From NCBI GenBank assembly GCA_002189035.1, contig NEEC01000011.1, forward strand, positions 930,001-994,000: a DNA stretch of 64,000 nucleotides, read 5' to 3'. Position 1 is the stretch's first letter. Every line of letters begins with the position of its first letter. Under the pieces are notes generated by a model that was not told the origin of the DNA, did no database searches, and was given only the letters and a program-made list of their open reading frames with translations. The position numbers and the translations under genes were made by a program. This document shows positions 22,578 to 34,410 of this stretch, one piece after another. Source of the DNA: Utricularia gibba. Lineage: Eukaryota > Plantae > Magnoliophyta.

Positions 22578-25500
22578 TGTTGGGATATGAAAGTCTGACT
22601 ACAAATCACATGACTATCTGATAAATCATTCGATGTTTCACTCAAAATTGATAGCTTGATGCATGTATAACTGAGGAAATCGAGTTGACAAAAAACACAA
22701 CTACAATTAGAGTTGGAGACAACCTCGATGCCCATCTCCAACAGAAATGCTTAATCCATTCATAGAGACACAAGAAGGGGTGAATGAAGGAGTAATTAAG
22801 CAAATTCATTAGATGAATGAAGGAGTAATTAAGCAAATTCATTAGATGAATGAAGGAGTAATTAAGCAAATTTATTAGACGAATGATGGAGTAATGGACC
22901 AAATTCAGAAGATGGAGGGATTTGTTGAGTCAACCAAGCATGTGAATGAGAGATTTGATGATCAAATGAAGTGAATGACTGATTGGACTTACAAAATTCA
23001 AATGCTGAAAGGTAATTAGATGATTTGGAAGCCATCTGGAGAATCGAATTTCTATGCCAAATGAAAAAAAAAACGCATCAGCAAAAAAGTTGCAACCATT
23101 GAAGCTGAATGCGGAATTTCAACAATTTAGAATGTCGACCTTGCGCAAGGTACAGAGGAGGAGTGTGTTGGAAAGGCGCATTAACGAGCAATGGATCCTT
23201 GTGAGGTAAAAGGCCGTAGATACGAATTAGATGATCAGAAAATAAAACAAGAGGAAGTCCCAAGGATCATAAACTTTACGGAAAAAAGACTTAGAAGGAA
23301 GGAGAGGAGCACATTAAGCTTGAGAAGATACGATTATTGTAAATGCAGGTTTTGATGATCAGCATACTCAAGAGCTCATTTTAATCATGAAGGAACATGA
23401 GGAGATCACGGATTGTAGTACTAACGATTTCAAGAGACACAATGTCAAACTAACTCAATTCTAAGGAAAATTGGGGAAATGACAATTATCGCAAAAGAAG
23501 AGGGAGAGCTCATCACTACTGATAAGGATTCAATTGAAGAATATGTTTTTATTTTTTATAAATATATTGTTTTTTTAGAGTAGAGAAACTCAAGGAAGTT
23601 TTAATATCACTCCATAAATTTAATTGTTGGTACTCGAGCTTTCCATTGGAGTTATACAAAGAGAAACAAAATCATGGCGTGATGGCACTTGCACAAGAAA
23701 AAATAAGAAAAAATGTGAGATACCAACATATCCTCCGAAATTTAGACATGGAAAGAGAGAATAAGGAAATAGAAATAAGTGAAAGTCCTTGCATCAATGT
23801 GGTAGCCATTTTTTGGGCCAATGACATTGCTTAAGGTGATGAAAAATGACTAAGACACTATGGCATTGAGGATAAGGATCACTTGAAATACTATAAGGAT
23901 GAAAATTAAGTTTTGAAGCTTTCCTAAGCCCCCAAAACTGAAGAAAAACTAAGGAACAGCAAGTTAGAATAAAAGAGTGAGCAGTTTGTATAGGTGTGGG
24001 AATAAATTTGTGACGAGCTGATTGAGTGCCCTAAAATCTCAAAATTTTACAGGAGCAAAATAGAGATGTAGTGAAAGATTTCAGCTTTAGAACAATCGAA
24101 TTTGCTCTAAGTATAAGTGAGATGATGGGTTCATAGATTTAGTTTTGTGTTTTCTGTTTAATTCTGCAATTATGTAATTACCTTTATGTTCTATCCTTTT
24201 CTATATTTATTTATTTCGAAAATCATTATATGATGAACCTGAATGTCTAAATCCTTGCATTAGGTTTCTAATTTCTCTAGGTTTGGATCTTCAAGTACGA
24301 ACTTATGATGTTTTCATGAAAATTGTTCGGAAGTTTGGTCCATTCAGGAACTACTTTGTTTGAGTCCACTTTAAAAATTCATAAATTATGACTGGATTGT
24401 TGGATTTCAATGCTGTTTGATTCTGTAGGAAGCTCCAATCATTAATTTCCAATGATATATGGTTTTTTGAACAAGGAAAAGTCTTCTGAAAGCAAGTTTT
24501 TCTATATGACTGTCTTGTTGTTTTTTAAATGATTTCTGGTGTTGAATGCTATGACTGATTTAGAAATCTTTGAGAAAGTTGTGGACGTACACTTCTTCAT
24601 GTCAAACATGTTACTCCTTATGAAGTAATAGCCATCAGATGGATTGAACATGAGGAAATGAAAGAAAATGTTTGAGGGGTTGAAATTTAGTGAGATTGGT
24701 GAAGGAGGTGGCTCCCTTTTGGTGATTTCCCGAGATTAAAGCTAAACAAATCTCTTATCTTTAGTTTCTAAGGTTTGGTGGTTGCCAAACCGAGGTTACT
24801 TAGAATAAGTTGGCATAACCATGCATGTAAATGGTTATATAGCTAATGGACTGATATGTACAAAATGTTTGTTTCAAATATGGATTGGATGAGATTTGTA
24901 CAACCATGAAACTCTTTCAAGGGAAGTCCATGAGTAACAAAAAATGAAACAAACTTTGTGAGAAATTCAAAAGATTTGCTTTTTGTTTTCATATAGTCCC
25001 ATGACGACCACCTTCATACAATACTAACATATAGTTTGATTGTTGCCATCCAACAATTTTTTTTTATTTCGTCATTTAATTTGCTTTCAATAAAATGGAT
25101 TTATTAGGGTAAGTCATTATTTTTTCAGTAGTTTATTTTAGCCAGTAAATCTGTTAAGGTATGATTTTTTAGTGATAGATTTGAATTTTTCACAAGCTGA
25201 GATTAACATGGCATAATCATGCTTGTGTAAGTAACATTGTAGTTTGCATGATTCTTGCAACAGAAAGTTATAAGTAGGATGATCTTCATAAGCACGAACA
25301 TGCACATGTGGTGTGACATATGTGCATTGTTCAAATAAAAAAAATTACACCTTTATGGATATCATTCGATGAGATTAGATTTCTTCAAAGTTTGAAAATA
25401 ATTCCTATTCAAATGTATAGGAATGCTACCATTTTTTTAATCACTTTTCTTCATAACAAATAATTATTATTCAAATGTATTTGGTGTTGGCTTATTTTAA

Positions 25501-26950
25501 GCATTTACTTAGGGTATTCAATTCTAATATCTTCTTATTGAGCAATATTTTGGTTATGTAAGACGTTTAGCTTTTGTGTAGTATGATCATTTACTTTTCA
25601 AATTTACTTATGCTACAAAACCAATATTTCATAATAAGGTAGTCTCTTTATTTACTAATTTTCTGTGACTGACTTGAGTATGAAAAGATTAAAGATTTGC
25701 CTTGTGCATACTATTTGCTTAATTCAAGAAGTCTTGCGTAAGAGGACTAAGGCAGTAAGATTTGCTGAATTAGAATTCAGCATAGCTCACCCTCTCTCCG
25801 TTTAGTGAACCATGTTACAACTTAAGACTTTTTTTTTGTTTCACACATCAGAAGTCTAATACCATTTTACGGGAAAACTACAACCCCTTTGCACTGGATT
25901 TGAGTATTTTGAATTTATTTTGGGAATGATTTATCATTATTTGCAATACAAGTTAAAGAAAGCTTTCTTAATTCTCAAGATGCCAACTGCATGTGAAAAG
26001 TTTTGAGATGCACAAATGTTCGAGAAAATCATGTTCAAAAGGCCTATAAATGAAGTCAATCCATTCAAGGCTCTAGAAAAACAACAGAACACAAGAAGCG
26101 CATATGGGATTCAAGGGAGAAAATTTCTGATTTATCCAAGAGATGCTCACTTCTTTAAATTCATCTTCAAGCATCCAACCAAATTTCAAACCTGTCCCAA
26201 ACTTCTGTTGTACTACGATTAAAAAAAATATTCCTCATACGTACAAGCTTGTTGAAGTTGCATACATGGAGCACTTGTGTAAGTACATTGACTCGTTTGT
26301 AATTAGGTCTTGAATGATTCTCATTCATTTTAACCTCTGCTTATGAATATCTTTTTTGAGTGAATGAGTAATATTTATGAAGAGTGGACATGAGCAAATT
26401 AGGTTTGCCTTAGAACATGCTATTCGGATATACAACATCTTGCCTTGAAATTCTTTTCAAAATGACTTTTTCATATCAACACACTTGAAACATTTAACTA
26501 TTCGAGAGTTGATGAGCAGTTTTGTCTTGCTTCAAAATAAGCTTTTACATCATTCTTTAGAATTTTGTTGGTATACTTTATGTTACATTTTCTCATTATT
26601 TTCTCTTGATTTTATATCTTTTACATTAATTGGATATTTTTATAAAGAATTTTTGTGAATTTTTAAAATATATTTTCAGTCAATTTGACGATAAATCAAG
26701 ACCGAACAATTAATAAATTTGGAAGTGCAGGAAATTAAGTTCAAGAAGACGTCCAAAAATGAACATTTGATCTAAAAGTGGAATTATATATAAAAATTTG
26801 AAGATAATCTTGTAAAATTTGAATAAAAGATTTTAATAGAAGATACATAAAATATTTGAATAAATCTTAAATGAACTCCTAAAAAACTTCCGCAATAACT
26901 AACACTCTGTAAATAATTAACCGTTTCCCCAATGTATAAAATTTAAATTC
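22578..26950 (+). mobile_element. Second, 5'-truncated copy of the Athila-like family (element D) with partial 3' LTR from 26510
   Basis: Peptide homology to element C (QML..LDDLEAI, DLAQ.TE). TGATGAG at 26510 begins a region alignable with the start of the 20679 LTR. Confidence 0.65.
22781..22912 (+). repeat. 33-bp tandem repeat (3 near-perfect + 1 degenerate)
   Basis: TGAATGAAGGAGTAATTAAGCAAATTCATTAGA at 22781, 22814 and 22847; degenerate copy at 22880. Confidence 0.92.
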
Positions 26951-27395
26951 TAATGGCTTTGGGTAGTATAACCTCCCAAACCACAATTTTTTGGGTATGC
27001 TATTGAGTAATAAATGAAATCTTGTTGCTAGATGTCAATATCAAAACAAAGTAGATGGAATTTTAATGGATAAAGAAATATTGGATTCCTATCATTTCTA
27101 TGTTTACTTGATAAAAGTTGACGTCTTTTGTATACGCGAGAGCCTTTCCTTCATTTAATTAATGTTAATGTAACTTGTATTGTTTACTCTGCACTCTTCT
27201 CTACTCATTAGAAGATTTTTCACAACAAGACACGTCCAATAAGGTATATATTAATTATGAAAGTTACGTGGACAGCTGACTCTCGTACTTCGCTATTTTC
27301 ATGACAAGGGTTCTGAAAAACTTTTGAATATTATTTTTTTGGAAAAATAAAAAGTAAAAGAGGAATTTTTTATGAAAAGTAGAAATATAAGTAAC

Positions 27396-27600
27396 GTGTT
27401 CTAGAAAAATTGTAGAAACAAAAATATTTTTGAGAATTTGATAACAAAAATAAGTAGTTTTTTTATTATTTCAATTTCTGACTCATTTTTAATTACATCC
27501 AAAAATTATTTTTGTTAAAAACAACAAAAAAATAGAATGTATTTTGTACAAAATTATTTAAAAAAAAAATTAAAACAATATCCAAAAATTTTCTAGAACA
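27396..27600. mobile_element. Possible AT-rich MITE
   Basis: TGTTCTAGAAAAATT ... AAAATTTTCTAGAACA inverted match around an AT-rich core. No clear TSD. Confidence 0.3.
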
Positions 27601-29099
27601 AAGTTTTAATTTTCATGTTCTTAATGAAACTTTGGTCCCTTATTGGTTAACCTTTTGGTGCTTATCATCATAAATTCTGCTGAATGGTTGGATTTGCACC
27701 AACAGAAACTATGAACTTTTTTTTTAGTTTTTAGATACTTTGAATGGGATTCATTCTTCTCATTTATACTATCCACCAATGTCGAATATTCCGATCGAAG
27801 TGTCCTTTCTTCAGGGGTGAAACATTGTCAGGACAAACCTGGACCTGGTCTCTTTGGATCAAGAAAAAAAATTTTAAAAAAAGAATATAAAAGGTCACCT
27901 TCACATTCGACGAGAACACACTTTGCAACAAGCATTCGTTGCATAGTTCACATCAGATATTGTTATGCTGTCGTTCCAATATCTCTATTCTTTTAAAAAC
28001 TGTGTTTTATTTTGAATACTGTAGATTCGTCATCAAAACAACATGATTAGCTTCATTAATCTAAAATAATTGGAATACCTTATTTACTAGCCATTGATGA
28101 ACTTGATTATGACCGAGTAAACCAAATGACTTCTTCACAATGTATTGGACATACTAGATGAACTTGAGGTGGGAGAGTGGGATCTGGAGTGCATCAAGTA
28201 TCTGCACCCAACAGGGAGCGGGGGCAGTCACAATCCACACCGAAAGTGCTCGGGTGAATTCCGATGCTCCAACTCTGGACGGCGGTTCGGCGTTGGATGT
28301 TTCGCTTGGTTGTCTATCCCACATCGCGTAACCGTCGGAAATTGAGAAGCGGGCACGTAGTTTCTCACACGTCAACATCTATGGAAAACAATAGACGTCA
28401 TACTTGACGACCGCAATGAAAAATTGGAAACGCTGAAGGAAAAGGTTCCTACCGTCGTGACGCTGTTCTGATGAGGTTGTCAAGGATTCTGTTTTCGCGG
28501 TGCTGCTGTGCATTTGCCGAAAGGATGGAGGTGTAAGGGCAGAATTATTGAAGTTGTTTAGGAAAGTGTTTAATGTCAGACGCCTTTATTGTGCACAGGG
28601 GGGGGGGGGGTATTAATAGCGCTGACCGCCCAGCACATTTAATGCTGAATAACTGCAGGATTTTTGTGTGAATTTGTTTGTGAAATCAGAGCACCGGATT
28701 AGGCAGCACGCGGTGCTGCGGTGTGCGTAGCATAGCCTAGGTATTTAGAAGCACCGGATGCTACGGATGGCGGTGTTTGGTCAAATGGGTATTGGTGTAC
28801 TACCAATCACCCTCACTATTATGCACCAGCTTCACACTCATCTACTTCTAAAATTTTGACAGCACTGGATACGATGAAACACGTAGTGTTGCTAACAACT
28901 TTGGTATCGTACAAGCCTTCGTAGCACCTTGTCTGAAGATCACGGTGCTGGCTCCAATGATCCACCATGTGGTACCATGTTACCCCATGGTAACACATGA
29001 CATTATGGTACAATCCCAACACCATTTGCAACAACCACCGGATACAGTGCAAACACTTGTTCAAGTTGGAGTATCAACTTGAGCTTAACTCGTTATGAC

Positions 29100-30300
29100 T
29101 TTGCAATGCAAACAATTGTGCTAAACAAATCCAGTACAAACGACACGATAGGTTCCGAATGGGAATTTAGGAAAACTATTCCATGCTTGATTTCCTCTGG
29201 CAGATGTCGTGACGTCTTCTGTATCATTCGTGTCCCCAGCTTCATCCTAGAAGTCCAATGGGACCTGATCCTCCAGGGGATCGACCACCATCTCCTTTCG
29301 AATGAGGTTATGGAGCAAAGCACATGCCAATACAATGCGATTCTGTGTGTCTACTGAACAGTAGCAAGCCGTCTGTAGTATACCCCACCGCATCTTCATC
29401 AAGCCTCAAGCTCGTTCGATCACATTTCTGGCTGATGCATGCCGCATGTTGATTAGCTCCTTTGCATTCTAGGGTACTCCATTTCCCTGTCCCCACTCCT
29501 TCAAGTGATAACGGACTCCACGGTGTGGTGCCAAAAAGCACTCCCTATTGGCGTATCCATTGTCACATAAGTAATATGTTCTTGTGTTATCACGTATACA
29601 TGGTGTATAAAATCATTGGAATCACATACGCAAGGGCTAAACAAGTGAAATACTTGGGCGTACACGAAAGCCGTTGGATAGTGAGAGTGCATCGTTTAGC
29701 ACTCGACTATCTACAGCAGACCCCTCCCACCCAACAAGCACATATACAAATTTCATGTGTTCATCACATATACCCAATATGTTGGTGGATATCACACCCT
29801 TTCGATTTCTGTACCTTGCAGCCTTACATTTCTTAACTCGTATACTGATGTATGTACCATCTATGGCCCCAACACAACCCTGCAAATGCATAACCAATTC
29901 TAGATACATTCTTAAAAAGAAGCACGAAAGATGTGTCAACCTAGAAGTGTTTGAACTTTTCTTTGGATGCACGTTCTCCAGCAGCTACTAGGGTCTCTAA
30001 GAGCACCTCATGAAGGCAAACCACTGCATGCAACACCTTTTGGAAGCACCGAGACACAGGCTCGGTGCTCCTCATGTAGACATGCTTCTGCACCCGTATT
30101 TTTTTATGGTGACCTAATATTCCTAAAAACATGCAAACCATCTCTGGAACCGTAGCATATTTTCCAGCCTTTAAACTAGAACGATTTTCTAATAGGCTAC
30201 ATTAAATACCCAAGGCATCTCGGCTGATTCTCAAGTTCTCAATGGATGCGCTGTTCACATCACTCACTAATCTACTAATATACTCAACTTGTCTAGAAAT
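29100..30300 (-). pseudogene. PIF/Harbinger DDE transposase pseudogene
   Basis: ENLRISRDA..CSLL..VPEMVCMFLGILGHH; GCVGAIDGTYI; RYRNRKG; NILGICD; GWEGSAVDSRVL; FNMRHA..RNVIERA..KMRWGIL; RIVLACALLHN. Contains stops and frameshifts. Confidence 0.93.
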
Positions 30301-30769
30301 CTCGTGTGTAAGTGAATACCTGCATCTCACCCTATATCCTCTACAGTATTTTTTTCGAATGTAAGTATACTAACACATTCATTTGCACCAAGTATTCGGT
30401 TAATATTGCCGTGGCTGCACTCAAGATGACATAACCCTCCATGAAAAAATCCATGTCCCCTCAACACTAGCAAAAATCGAGCAAAATAAATCCACACACA
30501 TAGCACCACGAATTCTGAAATTGAAAAATCACAAATAAAAACCCACTATACGGTGCTGCCGTTGACCAACCCACTATGCGGTGCTATTGTGGACCAACCC
30601 ACCAAGAACAGAAAGCAAACTTACCGGAAGACCCACCCTTTTTGCGCCCAAAGAACACGCGACGCCGTCGACAAATCACGAACAAAGTTTGGTTTGTAGA
30701 TCTGTGTTCAAATGTGTTTCACACGAGGGTAAAATTGGAAGTGCCGAGCCTTGTTTAGCTAAACTGACC

Positions 30770-30925
30770 CCCTGTGGGTTTAGCTAAACCCAGCTCGGTG
30801 GGACCCGCCGAGTTTATGGGCAACAAGCGAGTTTATTTTTACTTGCCTGAAACCCACGTACCAAACGTGGGTTTATCTCTAAACCCATGCCACAACCCAC
30901 CTAAACCCAACAACCAAACGCGCCC
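30770..30925. mobile_element. PIF/Tourist-type terminal region with TIR and TAA target
   Basis: Ends CCAAACGCGCCC|TAA (reverse complement GGGCGCGTTTGG), with repeated AAACCCA subterminal motifs. No convincing left TIR. Confidence 0.65.
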
Positions 30926-31214
30926 TAAGAGTTCCAAGGCATCACATGATTGTTTTTAGATAAAAACCTGATTTTACCTATTTATTGCCTTTTTGCATGA
31001 AGTTGACGAACTGTCTAAATCTTAGCTTAGATTAAATCTTTTAATCGTGACATCTACTGAATGCATTGATAATCACATGATAAGCACATGTTCTTCGTGT
31101 TTGACTTTAATCACTATGCTTATAATTGTATTATGTTGAATGTGTATTAGATTTATAAATTTTATTTGATAGAAGAATATGCATTTTAACGACGTGTAAA
31201 TTTTTCGTTTATCA
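30926..31214 (+). mobile_element. 3' end fragment of an LTR of the 1117-2285 family
   Basis: Aligns with ~1995-2285 (GAGTYCCAAGG-CATCAC...AAGCAC.TG.TCTTCGTGTT.GAC..TAATCACTATGCT...TTTATCA). Confidence 0.75.
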
Positions 31215-31739
31215 GTATGTATTTTGAACTAATCCTTCATCTTTTCTTTTTTTGTTAAGATGCTTTCAAGTTCAATCATAAGAGTGGATGAAGATCTAGA
31301 TTTTACTTCTTTCGAAAAATTACCATTAGGTTAATTGTTATCTTTCTAATTTGCATTTGGTTACACATTTTGAGTTGAGACTTTAATTTGATATCAAGTT
31401 TTCATACTTGTGCACTTATTTATGAGTTGTTATCGTTTCAAATCTTTTGAAAGCATGCAAAATTAAAAATTTCAAACTTTTTTAATATAAAAAAGAGTTA
31501 ATATCATTTTTTATACCCATACAATACTGTTTTTTCATTGTTCATCTCTTTGTTTTTTTCTTGCAAAAATGATTCCTTTTCTTCACCTAAAATATCATTT
31601 AGATTTTCCGGTGTATTTTTAATTCCTTTTCTAGAATGCATGTGACAATGCACGTGGGGTGCGAAAGTTTCCCCCTAAAGAACCTTAGGTTCTTCGATCT
31701 GCTTTGTCAATTCCTATTTCTTCGTTTGGTGTTTCCACG

Positions 31740-34410
31740 ATGAGTGGTATGAGTAGATGCGATAGTGAGATTCTGGTGGCGATCAACTTCAATGGTCGCA
31801 TGATTATTGATGGGGTGAGGCCGAAATATGTTTGAGGAGTGTAAGCGGTGATTAAGCTCAACAACTCCAAGTCAATTACCATTTAATTTCTACGGGGTAT
31901 TGCAGCTGCTTATGGATACCCGCATGAAGATAATTGTGAGTTTTGGATGAAGGTCATTGATAGCCCAAAGCGTATATTGGGTGAAGCTGAAATTAAAGAA
32001 TGCGTAGAGGTTCTTGATCAATTAGGACCCTTGCAGATCTACATTGATACCCCTATTGATGATGGCACTTCAAAAATTAGTGGCATTACAGAAAATGAAG
32101 ATTTTGTGCAAAACCTACAAAAGCTCAGCAGTTTCGAGCAATTTTGTTCCAAAAGGTTATCATATGCTTACTACAGCAACCATGGTAGCAATTCGGAAGG
32201 TGTTAGAATTAAAAAAAGAGAAGTCTGAAGCCAAAGCAACAACCGAAGCAGATGGAGATATTAGAAGAGGTGATTCAAATAAAAGAGCGATCAACAATAG
32301 GTATTCCGATTCTCCAATTTTAGATGCTTGGTATTTTTTTAGTGCATTATATGCTGATACTTGATGATATGAACATATAATATGTTGTTTATATACTATA
32401 CTTTTGTGGTTTTAGATTGGAATATATTATGTGCCACTATAACGTGTAGTTTGTTAAATATTTTTTAGATTTTTGCATTATTATATTGTTAAATGGATTG
32501 TGCATAAAAGCAATCACAAGAAGTAGATGAGATATTTAGAAAGGATAGTGACAGTCATAGACAAGCAAGGACTATTAATGTTTGTGTCATTGAATCTTTA
32601 GCTCCTAGACGAAATGTGGTTGATGAAGAAACTGAAGATGATAGTATAGATTCTATAGTAAGTGGTATAGAATTTTGGACCAATGAATTTTATAATGTTC
32701 ATGAAGACATAGGACATATGGATGCCCATGATGTGGATGCAGCTCCAATTAAGTATGATAATTTGACTGAGCAAAACAGCAATGAAGCTGAGATTGGAGC
32801 TGATTTTTTTGAGGAACTATTATGAATGCCAATTGACAATGGAATGTGGAAAGAAATGATTTCATGGCTGATAACATGGTAAACTCTGTTGTTGGAAGTC
32901 AACAGGAAAATATGAATGTTGGTCAAAATATGAAGAATGACTCATCTCAGTTGCTGCCTAAAGTTTCTGATTCAGAAAAGGTGTATTTTGATGATCAAGA
33001 AGATGATGTTGATGAGGAAGATTTGCAAAGTATGGATTCCGAAGATGATGAAGAAACAAAAAAGTCATTGAATATGTTTAATTTGAAAACAGATAAATTT
33101 AGACCCAAGTTGACACTTGGTTTGAGGTTTAGTTCTATTGAGGTGGCTAAGTTGGCTATACAAACCTATTCCTTTAGAGAAACGAACGATATCCACTTTC
33201 CAACAAACGATAATGAGCGGTTAAGGGCCAAATGTAGGGTAAAGGGTTGTGATTGGTTCATTACAGTAACCTAAAGGAAAAGTGTTAGTGGTTGGATAGT
33301 GAAAAGATTTAATCCCGAGCATACAATATGTCGCAGGAGGCGTACACTGAAAGGGATGAAGTCTCATTGGCTCGGTTGGTATGTTGCACAATATGGTCCA
33401 ACATCCAAAGTGTGGCCTCAAAGAATTTCAGGAACATGTTTGTCAAAAGATGAAGGTCATCATATCACATGCTAAAGCACATAGAGTAAGAAATAAAGGT
33501 ATGCAAGTGGTTGATGGGAGTGATAAAGAGCAATGGGCAGACTTAAGAAAATACTTATATGCAGTGCAAAAAAGTAATCCTAAATCAACAATTTTTTTAA
33601 AGTCTACACCACATCTAGTACCAGTAGAAAGAAGATTTCTTGCCTCGTATATTTGCTATGGAGCAACAAAGCAAAATTTTCAATATAAATTTAGTCATTT
33701 TATGGGGGTAGATGGATGTTTTTTAAAGGAAAAGTTCGGTGGTCAACTATTAACTGCAGTGGGAATCGATGCAAATAATAATCTTTATCCTTTAGCTTTT
33801 GCAATAATAGAGAAGGAAAATGAGGCAACTTGGAAATGGTTTTTGCAATTGTTGAAGCAGGATTTCCACATTGGTGATGGAGATGGATGGACGTCTATTT
33901 CAGACAAACAGAAAGGGCTATTAGAAGCGTTTAAGGAGGTCATGCCACATGTGGATCATAGGTTTTGTGTAAGACATCTACATGGTAATATGAAGCTTGC
34001 TGGACATAGGGGAGAAGCAATAAAAAGTTGCTTTTGGGGTGCTGCTAAGGCCACCAAATTAACTATTTTTGAAAGATACATGAGCGACCTTGAAGGAATT
34101 AATAGAGAATCTCATACATGGCTAAAGAGTAAGCCTCCCACAACAATGGAGCAGAGTTTTTTTCACAAAGACTGCAAAATGCGATATTCTACTTAATAAT
34201 CTTTGTGAGAGTTATAATGCTATGCTTTTAGAGTTGAGGGATAAACCTATAATTCAATTGCTTGAGGGGATTAGAAGACATCTCATTATGCGGAATAACA
34301 AGCAATTAGATGACGCCATGTCTTGGAAGGATGTAATCTGTCCCAGAATTAGAGCAACTCTAGAAAAAGCATACGAGGTTGTTGATGAACTTATTCCCTT
34401 GTGTATTTCT
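31740..34410 (+). pseudogene. MuDRA-like (MULE) transposase pseudogene
   Basis: PB1-like N-terminus, acidic linker, MuDR domain (LGLRFSSIEVAKLAI..LRAKCRVKGCDW) and MULE DDE core (GVDGCFLK..GGQLLTAVGIDANN..PLAFA..WKWFL..ISDKQKGL..HRFCVRHL). Truncated before SWIM. Confidence 0.93.

Noticed and set aside
22192-22590. 132-aa plus-strand ORF as a gene
   Set aside because: No recognisable domain; it is the antisense of a more plausible minus-strand retroelement ORF remnant.
31628-31660. Helitron 3' end (hairpin + CTAG on minus strand)
   Set aside because: The hairpin is imperfect, lies only ~4 nt from CTAG, is not followed by the expected T, and no 5' TC end was found.
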